Positions 12,400-26,149 of a stretch of DNA of 64,000 nt are shown here, in pieces; within the stretch, counting starts at the first letter, position 1, and each line of letters starts with the position of its first letter. This stretch comes from the human T2T-CHM13v2.0 reference genome, Homo sapiens, in assembly GCF_009914755.1 (NCBI RefSeq), contig NC_060928.1; one strand, 5' to 3'. Position numbers and translations under genes: made by a program. Under the pieces are notes generated by a model that was not told the origin of the DNA, did no database searches, and was given only the letters and a program-made list of their open reading frames with translations.

Positions 12400-15300
12400 T
12401 AACACATTGAGATTCTGATTAATATATCAATATGTTTTAGGTCTAACTAGACTCATTCAGCATTCCTGAGGCTGATCAAGCCAAAATATCTGTCCTCCAA
12501 AATTAAAAGCACAGATAGAGCAAGTAAAAGTTATTTACCTAAAGTCACCCAATGAAACTGGTTGATTGGCAGTTAGCAATCTCTTTCGTGCTGATAGCAG
12601 TTTTCATGGGGCACCATTATCACCTTCCCTCCCTTGCAAAATTGTTATAATAACTAAAATCTTCATGTCTACATTTTATGTTTTATTTCTATTCTGTACA
12701 ATTTAGAACAAAATAAGCTAAGTGCATTCAGAGGTTTAAATATTTGCATGTAACAATATGATAAATCTGAAAACTAAATAAAATATGTCCCCAAAGAAGT
12801 TATCATTTAACTTATAAGAAATACAGTTTTCCTCATGCCTCTCCTTTTTTGTGTAATTAACTGGGGAATGTGCTATACAAAATAAGGACAACTTTGTTGC
12901 ATATAGTTGCATATAACCTTTAAGAGAAAGTTACTGGTAGAAGGCAAGGTACTATCAGCAAATGATATATCAGAGTCAGTAAAATTTTTTCAATATGGAT
13001 CTTAATGCTTCAAAATACTTTATAAAACTTGGTAAAATAGTGTCTTGTAAGTCATTAAGTCTATAAATGTGTCAATTGTGTGATCAAGGAAAATCTGAAT
13101 TCCTGAAATTCTCATAATGTGACACAATTGAAGTCTTCAGTTTGAGACATTGATATTCATAAACATGTAGAAAACACCAGATGTTTCAATAATGAGTCTC
13201 TTAGTTTACCATATTGGATTGAGCCTAATATATCACTTGCTTTATAAAATTCAGCATGTTATATATAAAGATGATAAAAAATATGATGTAGCACTCACAG
13301 AAAATGCATACTTTACTTGCAGACCTTTTAGAGTCAAAATTTTAATCTTTTCAAGTTAAAAGGATTATGTATGCAGTTGATTGTTTTAAATAATAAGCTT
13401 TTTTTGAGGGGGCAGTTTTAGGTTTATAGCAAAATTGAGTGGAAAGTACAGAGAATTCCTATATATACCCTGTCCCTACCCACCCACAACCTCTCTCACT
13501 GTGACCTCACAGTGGTACATCATTTGTTACAATCTATGAACCTACATTGACACATCATAATCTTCCCAAGTCCGTAGTTTACATTAAGGAAGACTCCTGA
13601 TGTTGTACACTCTATGGATTCTACAAATGTATAATGGTAGGTATTCACCATTGTAGTATTATACACAATAGAGTCACTGCCTTAAAAAGCCCTTGGATCC
13701 TGCTTATTCAACACTTTCTCCCATTTAACTTCTTGTAACCATTCTTCGTTTTTTTCATAGTTTTGCTTCAGAATGTTATGTAGTTGAAATGCTGTATGTA
13801 GCTTTCTCAAATTTGCTTCTTTCACTTAGTAATATGTATTTAAGTTTCCTCTCTATGACTTCTTTAATGGCTTGATAGCACCTTTTTTTGTTTTGTTTTG
13901 TTTTTAGTGCTAACATTCCATTGTCCGAATGTACCAGTTTATTTTTCCATTTACCTACTGAAGGACATTTTGGTTGCTTCCAGGTTTGGGCAGTTATGCA
14001 AAAAGTTGTTTTACATATTGTGTGTGGTTTTTTTTGTGTGTGGATATAAGTTTTAAACTCATTTGGGTAAATCTTAAGGAGCATGATTCCTGGATCATAT
14101 GGTAAGAGCATGTTTAGTTTTGTAAGAAACTGCCAAACTGTCTTAAAAGGTAACTGTACCATTTTGCATTTCCACCAGCAATGAATGAGAGTTCCTGTGC
14201 TCTGCATCCTCAACAGCATTTTGTGTTGGCAGTGTTCTAGATTTTGGTAATACTAATAGACGTCTCTTACTATTGTTTAAGTGCTCTCTCATTATTGTTT
14301 TAATTTGAAATTTCCTAATGATGTATGATGATGACCATCTTTTCATATGCTTATTTGCCACCTATATTTCTTCTTTAGTGAGATGTGTGTTCAGGACTTT
14401 TGCTTATTTTTATTCAGATTGTTTATTTTCCTATTGTAGAGTTTTGAGTTCTTTGTTTACATAACAGTTCTTTATCAGTTGTATTTTTTTTGCAAATATT
14501 TTGTTCCAATCCACGGCTTGTTTTCTCATTCGCTTGACAGTGTCTCTCCCAGAACAAAAGGTTTTAATTTTAACAAAACCAAGCTTATTAATTGTTTCTT
14601 TCATGATTTGTACCTTTGATATTTTATCTAAGAAGTCATCACCATATCTGAGGTCATCTAAGTTTTGTCCTATTATCTTCTAGGAATTTTATAATTTTGT
14701 ATACCACATTTAGGTCTAGGATTCATTTTGAGATTTTTGTGAGTGGTGTCATGTCTGTGGCTATATCTATATTTTTGAATGTGAATTTCCAGTTTTTCCA
14801 GCACTATTTATTGAATACTATCTTCTCTTCATTGTATTGCCTTTGCTCCTTTGTCAAGATCAGTTTACTATATTTATGTGGGTCAATTTCTAAGTTCTGT
14901 ATTCTGTTCCATCGATCAATTGGTTATATATATACATATATAACCAGCACCGCAGTGTCTTGATTAATTCAGCTTTATAATAAGTCATGAAGTTGGATAG
15001 TGTCAGTCCTTTGTCTTTCCTTCTCCAGTATTTAGTTGTATATTCTGGGTCTTTTGCCTTTTCATATAAACTTTAGAATCAGTTTCTAATACACACAAGA
15101 AAACTTTCTGAGACTTTACTGGAATTGTACTGAATCTATATATCAATTTGGAAAGAACTAACATCTTAGCAATACTGAATCTTCCTATTCCTGAACATGA
15201 ACTATGACTCTATTTATTTATTTTTTCTTTGCTACCTTTCAACCAAATGTTGTAGTTTTCCTTATGTATACCTTGCACACATTTTGTTAGACTTATACCT

Positions 15301-16185
15301 AAATATTTTATATATGGGGCACAAATATAAATGGAAATGTGTTTTTAGTTTTAAATTCCACTTGATAATTGTTGTTGTTTACACAAAAATATTGACTTTT
15401 GCATATTAACCTTGTATGCTGTACCATTGCTAAGATTGCTTATTAGTTCCAGCAGTTTTTTGTTGTTGTTGCTTGGTCAGTTCTTTCAGATTTTCTATAT
15501 AGATTATCATGTCATCTACAAACAAGACAGTTTTATTTCTTCCTTCCCAATCTGTATCACTTTTTTTGTCTTATTGCATTACCTAGACCATCTAATACAA
15601 TGTTGAAAAGCAGTGGCAAGAGAACGTTCTTGCCTTGTTTCTGATCTTAGCAGGAAAGTTTTGAGTTTCTCACTATTTAAGTATAATGTTAGCTGTAGGT
15701 TTTTTGTTTGTTTGTTTTTGTAGATATTCTTTATCAAGTTGAGGGAATTTCCCTTTATGTCTAGTTTTTAAGGAGCTTTTAACATGAGTAGGTGTTGGAT
15801 TTCAGTCAAATACTTTTTCTGCATTTATTTATATGATCTTGTGATATTTTCATTAGGTTTGTAGATGTGATAAATTACACTGACTGAATTTCAAATGCTG
15901 GACCAACCTTGCATACATGAGATAAATTCCACTTAGCCATGGTGTATAGATTTTTTATACATTACTAGATTTTATATGATATATTTTGTGGCGATTTCTG
16001 CACCCATGATTATACAATATATTGGTCTGTAGTTTTCTTGTAATGTCTTTGTCTGGCTTTGGTATCAGGGTGATGCTGGCCTCATGGTATGAATTAGGAA
16101 GTATTTCCTCTGCTTCTATTTTGTGAAAGACAACTGCTACGTATATATACATATATATTTTGTGCTTTCTGCTTTGAAAGATTAA

Positions 16186-16699
16186 TTTTTAAAATAATTT
16201 CAACTTTTATTTTTGATTCAGATGGTACATATGCAAGTTTGTTACATGAGTATATTGCATGATGTGAGGTTTGGGGTATAATCAATACCGTCACCAAGGT
16301 AGTGAGCATAGTACCCAACAGTTACTTTCTAAACTCTTGCATTCCCTTTCTCATCTAGTAGTCCCTAGTATTGATTGTTGCCATTTTTATGCCCGTGAAT
16401 ACCCAATGTTTAGTTTTCACTTACAAGTGAGAACATGTGGTATTTGGTTTTCTACTCCTGTGTTAATTCACTTAGGTTAATAGCCTGCAGCTACATCCGT
16501 TTTGCTGCAAAAGACATAATTTCATTCTTTTGGCTGTGTAGTATTCATGGTGTATATGTATCAAATTTTCTTTATTCAATTCAGTATTGATGGGCACCTA
16601 GGTTAATTCCATGTCTTTGCTATTGTGAATAGTGCTGTGATGAACATACAAGTGCATGTATCTTTTTGGAAGAATTATTTATTTTCTTTTAGATATATA
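16186..16699 (-). mobile_element. L1PA16-like 3' fragment nested in the L1MC
   Basis: caacttttattttt...ggtacatatgcaagtttgttacatg...gtgagcatagtacccaaca...gtgagaacatgtggtatttgg is the reverse complement of an L1PA15-17 3' end. Confidence 0.82.
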
Positions 16700-18631
16700 A
16701 TTATTGATTCAACTCATTTAATGGATATAGGTTAATTCAGTTTGTTTATTTCTTCTTGTGTGAAACTTGGCACACTGGCTTTCAAGGAATTGGTCCATTT
16801 TATACATTATCAAATTCATGAGCATATAGTTGTTCATTATATTCCTTTATAATCTTTTAAATGTCAGTGGGATCTGTAGGAATATCCCTCTTTTCTTTTT
16901 AATATGAGTAATTTGTGTCTTTTTGTTTTTTCTTGGCTAGACTGGTTAGAGGCTTATTAATTCTATTGATCATTTTGAAGAATGAGCTTTGGTTTTGGTT
17001 TTCCTCAACTAATTTCTTGTTTTTAGTTTCACTGATTTCTGCTATATTTGTTTTTGTTATTTTTTTTTCTGCTTTGTATTTAAATTGTTCTTTTTTTTTT
17101 TTTTAGTTTCTTAAGGTGAAAGCTTAGGCTATTGATTTTAGATCTTTCTTCTATCCTAATATATGCATTCAATGCTATGATTTCCTTCTAAGTACTTCTT
17201 TTGATGCATCCCACAGGGTTTGATAAATTGTATTTTTATATTAAGTTAAAATATTTTTAACAGTTGCTTGAGATTTCCTCTTGATCTCTGTGTTATTTAG
17301 AGTCATGTTGCTTAATATCAAATATTTTGGGATTTTGTAGTTATCTTTCTGTAATTCATTTCTAGTTTGATTCTATTATGTTTTGAAAGCATACACTGTT
17401 TAATTTTTATTCTTTTAAATGACCCAGATTTTTGTTTATCTTGGTGAATGTTCTATATGAGCTTGAGATGAATGTGCAATCTGCTGTTGTTTGATGAGGT
17501 AGCCCATAGATGCCAATTATATCCAATTGATCGGTGGTGATGCTAAAGTCAATGATGTCCTTACTGATTTTCTGTCAGCTAGATTAGTCCATTTTAATAT
17601 AGGTGTGTTAAAGTCTCCAACTATAATAAGGGGTTCATCTATTTGGCCTTGCAATACTATCAGGTTTTGCCTCATGTATTTTGATGCTCTATTGTTAGGT
17701 ACATACACGTTAAGGATTGTTATGTCTCCTTGGAGAATTGTCACATTTATCAACATTTAATGTCTTCACCTATTCCTCAAAACTTTCCTCACTCTGAAGC
17801 CTGCTCTGTCTGAAATTAGTATAAATACTCCTGCTGTCTTTTGATTAATGTTAGTATCATAGATCTTTCTCTGTATCTTTACTTTTAATGTATGTGTTTT
17901 TGTATTTAAAATCGGTTTGTTGTAACAACATACAGTTTTGTCTCTTTTTTAAATAAACTCTGGCACTTTCCTTTAATTAGCTCATTTAGACAATTAATAT
18001 TTAAAGTGATGTATTAATATAGTTAGATGAATATCCACTATATTTGTTACTGTTTTCTAATTGTTGCTCTTGTTCTTTGTTTCTATTTTTGTCTCTGCAC
18101 ATTTTCTGCTTATTGTGGTCTCAATTGAGCATTTTATATTATTCAATTTTTGCTCATTTTCAAGCATATCAGTTTTTCTTCTCTTTTTAATTTTGCTACT
18201 GGTTGTCCCAGAGTTTGCAATATACATTTACAACAAATCCAAGTGCACTTTCACCTAACACTATGCTGCTTAAGGAGTGGCACAAGTACATCATAAAAAT
18301 AAAGTATTCCTAATTAATTCCTCCAAATTCTTCTATTGTTGCTGTTATTCAGTATACATAAGCATTATATATGTATATATAATCAAATATATTATTGCTA
18401 TTACTATTTTGAACAAACTGTTATCTGTTAGGTCAATTAAGAATAAGAAATAGAAATTTTTGTTTTACCTTCATTTACTTCTTCTCTAAGCTGTTGGGTT
18501 GTTTATGTAGATCTGAATTTCTGAGCTGTATCATTTTCCTTCTCTCTGAAGAACTTTTTTTTAACATTTCCTGCAAGGCAACAAATTTCAGCAATTTCTG
18601 TTTAAGAAAGTCTTAGTTTTGCCTTCACTAC

Positions 18632-18919
18632 TTCTTTTTTTCTTTTGGACAAGGTCTCATTCTGTCACTCAGGCTGGAGTGCAGTGGCATGATAATGGCT
18701 CACTGCAGCCTTGACCACCCAGGCTACAGTGATCCTCTCACCTCGGCCTCCTGAGTAGCCAGGACTGCATGTGCACACCACCGTGCCTGGGTGATTTTTT
18801 GTAGAGATGGGGTTTCACCATGTTGTCCAGGCTGGTCTCAACCTCCTGGGCTCAAGCAATCTACCTGCCTTGACCTCCCAAAGTGCTAGAATTACAGGCG
18901 TGAGCCATCATGCCTGGCC
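18632..18919 (-). mobile_element. AluJ-type element
   Basis: gctcactgcagccttga and ctcctgggctcaagcaat are AluJ-type diagnostics; heavy CpG decay. Confidence 0.92.
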
Positions 18920-21058
18920 CTCTCTTTCACTTAAAAAAATTTTGTAGGGTACATAATTCTAGGTTGGTTTATTTTTTTCTTTACAAACTTTAAATATTTC
19001 ACTCTAGTCTCTTCTTTCTGGCATGGTTTCTGTGGAGAAGTTGGATGTAATTCTTATTTCTGCTTCTATGTAGATAATGTGTGGTTTTTTTTTTTTCCAT
19101 TTGGCTTTCTTCAACACTTTTTCTTATCTTTGACTTTCTGAAATTTGAATACAATATGCCTAGATTCAGAGTTTGTGTGTGTGTGTGTGTGTGTATGTGT
19201 GATTTATACTGCTTGTTTTTCTCTGAACTTCCTGGATATGTGGATTGGTGTCTGAAATTAATTTGGAGAAAATCCTCACTCATTATTACTTCAGATATTT
19301 CTATTTCTGTCTTTCTTCCTCTGTTATTATCACTAAACGTGCTACATCCTTTGTAGTTGTCTCATGGTTCTTGACCATTCTGTTACCTTTTTTTTTGTTC
19401 TTCTTTCTCTCCCTCTCTGTTTTTTCTTTCATATTTGGAAGTTTCTACTATCATATTGTCAAGCTTTCAGACTCTTTCTTCAGCTGCATCCAGTCTACTC
19501 AATGAGCAGATCAAACATATTCTTTATTTCTGTTACAGTGTTTTTGATCTCTAGTATCTGTTTGTAATTATTTCTTAGAATTTTTATCTCTCTGCTTACA
19601 TTATTCATTGTTCTGACATGTGGTCTAATTTTCCCATTAAAATCATTAACATATTAATAATAGTTTATTTTTATTTTCTGATCTGATAATTCCAACATTC
19701 CTGTCACTTTTAACTGGCTCTGATACTTGTTCAGTCTCTTCAAACTCGTTTTTTTTTCTTTTGTTATGCTTTATAATTTTATGTTGCAAGATAGACACGA
19801 TGTACTGGGTAAAAGGAACTCCAGTAAATAGGCCTTTAATGATTTGAAGGCCAGGTGTAGGGGAGGGGAAACATTATATAGTTGCATAATTTGGCCTCGG
19901 TCTTTTGGTATGCATGTACCTCCAGGTTGTGAATATTACCCTGTTTCGCGATCTCAACTCTGATTCCACTCCTGGCCATTAGGTGGGATCAAATGGCCAA
20001 AAGGGGCTAGAGTTGGGCATTTTTCTTCCCCCAGGTAAGTTAGTCTCTGATAAAACCTCAATACTTTGGGCCCTGGTAAAATAGTTTCTAATAAGGGTAG
20101 ACCTTGTTAAGTAGAACAGAATGTTCTGACACATTCCAAAATTTTTTCCCCTTTTTTTTTTGGTGCTGAAGGCATGAGAGGATTTTTCTTTGATATTTAT
20201 TGTGAGGACCTGGTAGAGCTCCTAGAGGTAAAACTCACAAAGTGTGAGGGCCTCTATATGACTGGGTTTCTGTAGAGTTTTTGACTATCAGAGTTGTCCA
20301 CAGTAAGAATTCATCAATTACCAGTCACGTTTTTCTCCCTTGAGACTGGCTCCTGCATGGAGCGATGCTCTATGGTTTCTGCTTTGGTAAACTGGAATCC
20401 TCTTAACTCAACTTATCAGAAGTATTTACATGTCTGTCTCTTACATTTGGGAAGCAATATTTTGTCCTGTGACCTCATTTCTCTGCCAGATCTAGGAAGA
20501 GCTGTTGATTTTTCAGTTTTTTCAGCTTTTTACTTGTTGCTAAGAAAGAATGGTGACTTCCAAGCTCTTTAAATGCTGAACTAGAAACCCAAAGGCTTAA
20601 TTTGTAAATATATACAACATAGGAAACCTTACACTTTTCCTTCTGAATTCTAATTATATTTTTGTTATATACAATTGTATTTACATGTAAATAATGGTTT
20701 TAATTCACTTGTCTCTTTATATGGATCACAATTAAGAAAATCTGTGGTTACTATGGTTTAATTACTATCTATAATGTAAATTTATTATTTTTGAAATATT
20801 CTAGAACTTCTGGTGGAATTTTGTAGAGAAATGAAAGACTTTTCAAAAATAATGTGTCAGAAAAGGTGATAATAAACCTCAAAAACTGAAAATAAAAAAG
20901 GTGGAGGTGATACTGGGAATGGAGGTGTCGAACATAGAGAAACTATTTGGTCACAGACTAAGAATAGTGCAGAGATTCCAGAGGAAAAAAAAAATAATGA
21001 GTGTTGTTCTGAGATGTTTTTATTACTGTAAATAGAAAATATGAAAGAAAATTGATAA

Positions 21059-21477
<419 letters not shown>

Positions 21478-22809
21478 AGTGTGGCTTTTTCATTGTGTGA
21501 AGAGTTTTAAAATACAAGGACAGACTCTAACTTCAAGATCCAAGATTTGATTAAGTCTTTGGGCAGTATTTAAAAATGCCAAGGTCTCCCATTCTGAATA
21601 GGACATCTCCCAGGGTGCCCATAGAACTGCTGGTTTCATCCCATATATTCATTGATCCATCTAGGCAGGGCGGTATGTTCTTACATCTCTCTAGCTCCGA
21701 TGCTCTTCATTCTACAGTTAATATGTTTTTTGTTTGTTAGTAATTAAGAAGTGTTTTTGTACATATGTTGCAGGAAGGGCTTCATTTTTATTTTAGTACA
21801 CATTTATTTCTTCTCTGAACAGGGTTTTGTTGGTGGTGTAAGACTATCCTAAGTGATAGCCTTCTAAGTAACAGTAGGAGTTGACATTCAACTGCTTTTA
21901 ACTATCCAGGATACTTTTTATACTAGACCTTGGAATCTACAGTCTAAAGTAATATACCCCCAAAAATGTAATTTGATATTTTATACTCTTTATGTACCAT
22001 ATCAGAAAAAGTACGTTGGAGTTTGTTAGTTTGTTATGGGCATCACTTCACTTCATAATAGAATGCCTAGTCTCTCTGACCTCTTGTTGAAAAATCATAT
22101 TCATGTGTCTTAAAAATTTATATTTTTATGTTCTCTCAAATGTGTTTCTTATATAGCATACTCTAAGAATGAAATTGTCACCACAGATAAATCCTCATTA
22201 GCAAGAAATTTGTCTGTTCCAGTATACTCCCACTTTGACCAAGTCATTTGCCTGTCAAATTTAATTTTTCTGCCTTAAGAATGAATGTCCTGTGCAAAAT
22301 ATTGGATGCAGGATAAAGTTATCCAAGTCAGTGACTTCAGCTTCACACACACACACATAAAAATATATACATATGTGTGTGTATATATATAGTTAGTTTT
22401 GAAGTTATTTATGTTTATGTAAACTTTAAGATTGGATTGTTTGCTATTGCTCTGTGTGAAACACATATCTTTCAGTAAACTACATTTTTAACTTTTCCAA
22501 AAAACATATTCTAAGTTCTAGAGTTGCACACCAAATGTGGATGCATAAGAATTGAGTGAAGATTTTTTTAAAAAAGACAAATAGCAAATGCTAATAGGAA
22601 GTAAATGAGTAGTAAGTATTGCAAAAGCCTGTTTACAAGTACCAGGAGGAAAGAAATGAACTTGCTATGATGACTACAGGGAGGAAAATAACTTGGGATA
22701 GTATTATAGAAACAAAATGGGGTGAATTATATCCAAACTTATACAATCAACTTGTTAATATTGATGAGTATACTTGTTATGACAGAGACAGATAAAATAT
22801 AAGACAAAG

Positions 22810-23366
22810 CGAGGCAGGAGAATAGGGTCTAAAGGCAGGGAACCTAAGGCCAATTCACACTGACTTCTTAGAACTAAATCAAAAGGAAAACCCCAACTTT
22901 CCATGCCCAAGTAACAAAAGAACAGAGGTTGCTCCCTTTGCAACTGCCCCCTCCCCCTTTTCTGTGTTGCAGATGAAAAATGAAAGTACCTTTTATTGGT
23001 CCCCTCCTGCAACCAGGACTGATGGTAGGCCAAGTCTTCATGTGTAACTTTGTAACTTCAATTCAGCTTCTGATTGGGTTGTGGGAGACAATCAGACTTG
23101 TTATGGGCCACTACTTCATTTACATAAGGTGTAAACGAAGTAACCAATGGGAAACCTCTAGAGGGTATTTAACCCTTAGAATTCTGTAACCAGTGCTCTT
23201 GAGCCGCTTGCTCAAGCCCACTCCCATTCTGTGAAGTGCACTTTCATTTCAATACATCCGTGCTTTACTTGCTTCATTTGTTCATTGCTTTGTGCACTGT
23301 GCCTATTCTTTGTTTAAAATGCCAAGAACCTGGACAACTTGTAGTCAAGACCATGCGCCAGTAACA
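22810..23366 (+). mobile_element. 5' LTR, MER51-type
   Basis: (c)gaggcaggagaatagggtct...gggaacctaaggccaattcacactgacttc...gtaaca; homologous to 29935-30506; several CCAAT/ATTGG boxes. Confidence 0.9.
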
Positions 23367-23371
23367 TATTT

Positions 23372-23389
23372 TGGTGAGCCAGCAAGGAG
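23372..23389 (+). other. Primer-binding site complementary to tRNA-Arg(ACG) 3' end
   Basis: tggtgagccagcaaggag matches TGGCGAGCCAGCCAGGAG (reverse complement of recalled human tRNA-Arg-ACG 3' 18 nt) at 16/18; 5 nt after the LTR end. Confidence 0.78.
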
Positions 23390-24459
23390 GTAAGCCCCAA
23401 GTTTGGGATTTATTTTTCTTCTCTCTCTCTGTTTTTTTCCTTTTCTTCTTTGCTGTATATAGAGGAGCCCTGTTCTCCCTCTCTCTCTCTCTCTTTTTCC
23501 CTTTCCAACTCGGGACCCTTGGCAGATAGCACCTAAGCATGGAGGCAGCTGCAGGTATCTGGCAGAGGCTACTCTACGGTGAAACTGAAAGATTTCCGTG
23601 TGTTAGCACCTGACCACCACTGCCTGGTTTGGGTGAGAGACTTGAGTCCTGGTAATTGAGGATGACTTTCCTGGGCCACTCTCTGGTGTTACCTGAAGGC
23701 CAAGGAGTGAATGGGGATGGTTGCCCTGCCCATAAGGGGAAGGACTCTTTTTTGTATTTTCCGGTTGTAGTCCCTGATCTCTACGTGTAATGAAATTAGT
23801 AGCAGCAGCTCGTCCAGGGTAAACTTACACATGTTTCAGGTGATTTGCAAAATTTTCCGTAGAGTTAACCTGTAAGGGCAAAATATAATGTCCCTTAGGT
23901 GTTTTGACCTCCCTTCTCCTAATCAATCTATTTGACTGACTGAGGACCTTTGGAACCCGTAAACTTTAGAATACTTCTATATTTTGGACCTCCACTAAGG
24001 GGACCCCATAGCTTGATGGGCATTGCTTACACATCCACTTGCTTACCTTGAACCCCATAGAAATTCTCAACCACAATCTTCAATTTACCCCTGGGCCCTT
24101 CCTTAGAACACCCCACCAATCTTGGTACTGTTAACATTGCAATGTTTGGGAATCCCCTTAGTCCCATGAGGAATACAGGAAGATATGGCCTATCTAAATT
24201 GGTGGTATGCTAAAAGTTGGGGATTACACACCCAGGAACAAAAGGAAAGCTCATAGTAGGCCATTGCCTCTGGAGGAAAAGCATACAAAGTGGCACCAGT
24301 GCCCACCTAAGGTCAGAGGCATCCGATACTCTAAGATTGGACCCTAAAGGGGGATGCCCTAGGGGATCCAACTCCAGACCTTAACCTCTCTAAATAGGAT
24401 GTACTAGGCAGAGATTCTGAGGTCCAGTACTAAGCCCTGGACTTTTCTCTTTCTTTCAG

Positions 24460-24620
24460 ATGATAATGGGAAACACTCCATCTATTCCACCCGACTTCCC
24501 ACTTGGCTACATCCTCAACCATTAGACTCAATTTGACCCTGATAATCCAATTTGACCCTGATATTTCAAGGAGGAAATGCTTGATATTCTTTTGCAATAC
24601 TGTTTGGCCTCACTATTGTT
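24460..24620 (+). pseudogene. gag: ERV gag (matrix N-terminus) remnant
   Basis: ATG at 24466 reads MGNTPSIPPDFPLGYILNH*TQFDPD; after a 19-bp duplication, LIFFCNTVWPHY: class I (gamma-like) HERV Gag N-terminus. Confidence 0.75.
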
Positions 24621-24960
24621 TGGAATCTGAAGTTTGCTGCTAAATGGGGAAGTGGAATGGAGTTGCATGTATCCAGGCTTTTGTGCTGCTGTTCTAAGCT
24701 GGGTTTGACCTGGTTAACATGTGATGCTCTCCTTTGGTATTGTATGGCCCCAGTGTTCTTCAGAATTTAAAAATCAAACTGCCATGGAAACTGCTTTACC
24801 TAAAATTTTGGTTCACAGCTTTCATTGTATTTCTAAGTTTAGAAAGTTAAAGGGTTTAAGTGAGATAGGAAAAACCTAAACATTTGAACACATTGTGGAA
24901 GGTTTATGAAAAATTAATTGTAAAAGGGATTTTGTGTGTGAACACATTGGCTAAAGTTAA

Positions 24961-25800
24961 AGGGGAAGACCGGCAATTAGACTTCACCCATATGCCAGCT
25001 TGTAAAGGATACAAGTTTTTGCTAGTATCAATTGACACCTTTACTGGCTGCGTTGAACTTTACCCTACCAGAACACAGAAGGCTAATGAAGTTATATAGG
25101 TTCTTTTAAAGGAAATAATCCCCTGGTTTGGGTTACCCCAAAGCCTCCAAAGTGATAATGATCAAACTTTTGTCTCCCAAATAATTCAAGGGGTTGCTAA
25201 GGCTTTTGGAATCAAATATTATTTGCACTTAGTATGAAGATCTCAATCCTCTGGGAAAGTAGAAAGTGTTAATCAAACTATAAAAAGGGCACTGGTTGAG
25301 CTATGTCAGGAAACATCAGAAACTTGGCTTAGCTTACTGCCCATAGTCCTCTTAAGGATCTGTAATTTCCCTGGAGCAAAAATTAATATAAGCCCATACA
25401 AAATGTTATATGGAAGGACATTTTTATCTAATGATCTAATTACTGATCCAGAAACAGCCAGTTTAGTAAAATACCTAGTTGACCTGGGACAATTTCAGCA
25501 GGCTATACAAAAGTTTGGAACGCAAAGCCTCCAGAAACCAGGAACTAACTAGCAACCTAAAATCAGGCAAAGGGAAAAGTACACGGAAGGAGGGATCACC
25601 TGCTCAACAGTTACAATCCAAATGGAAGGAACCATTTTCATTGGTACCAGCCGTGCCTTCTGCAGTCAAATTACTAGGATTAGATAGTTGGGTACATCTT
25701 TCCAGGGTCAAGCCTCTGATACCTGAAGCCCTGGACCTGGAACCTGAAGCTCCCATCAGCCACCACACCTGTGAACCTGACTTGAAGTACCTATTCAAAA
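24961..25800 (+). pseudogene. pol: ERV pol integrase core and C-terminal remnant
   Basis: GEDRQLDFTHMPACKGYKFLLVSIDTFTGCVE.YPTRT.KA.EV, then EIIPWFGLPQSLQSDN and SSGKVE (DDE core); KWKEPF...GLDSWVHLSRVKP (GPY/F-type C-terminus); stops and frameshifts. Confidence 0.9.
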
Positions 25801-26149
25801 AGAGAGCCAAAAGATAAATGCCTGTCAACTTTCCTTGGGGTCTTTGTTACATAGTTACTGTAAGCTAGATAATAGTAGCCATTTTTTATTTTTACAATTT
25901 AATTGCCTTCTTCCAAACAGATGGAATCACTTCCTTTGTACTAATTAAGCAAAATGTTTTACTTCATTTTTGTAACAAGCATTCCTGACAGCCTAAGTAT
26001 CCACCCCTTGAAGTTCCCACTCTATAGAACAAAATAACAAATAAGTAAATTTTTTCGTTCCATAAGGCCACCCACAGACTGTGTATACCGGGACCACGCA
26101 TACTGGGAATCAGGTTAATTTTACAACAGACTTTCACTTTACCCCTCAG

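Larger units (their letters stand above)
13385..20590 (-). mobile_element. Long L1MC1-like element (3' UTR, ORF2, inter-ORF and ORF1/5' remnants)
   Basis: L1MC1-type 3' end at ~13385-13750; minus-strand ORF2 peptides (13776-14219, 14143-14361, 15955-16152, and EN 17517-17756 ITILNVYVPNNRASKYM...IIVGDFNTP); ORF1-like stretch ~19000-19600. 5' boundary approximate. Confidence 0.82.

Noticed and set aside
10699-13750. Inverted L1MC1 3' ends ~2.3 kb apart
   Set aside because: Old, diverged and widely spaced; unlikely to pair and plausibly independent insertions.
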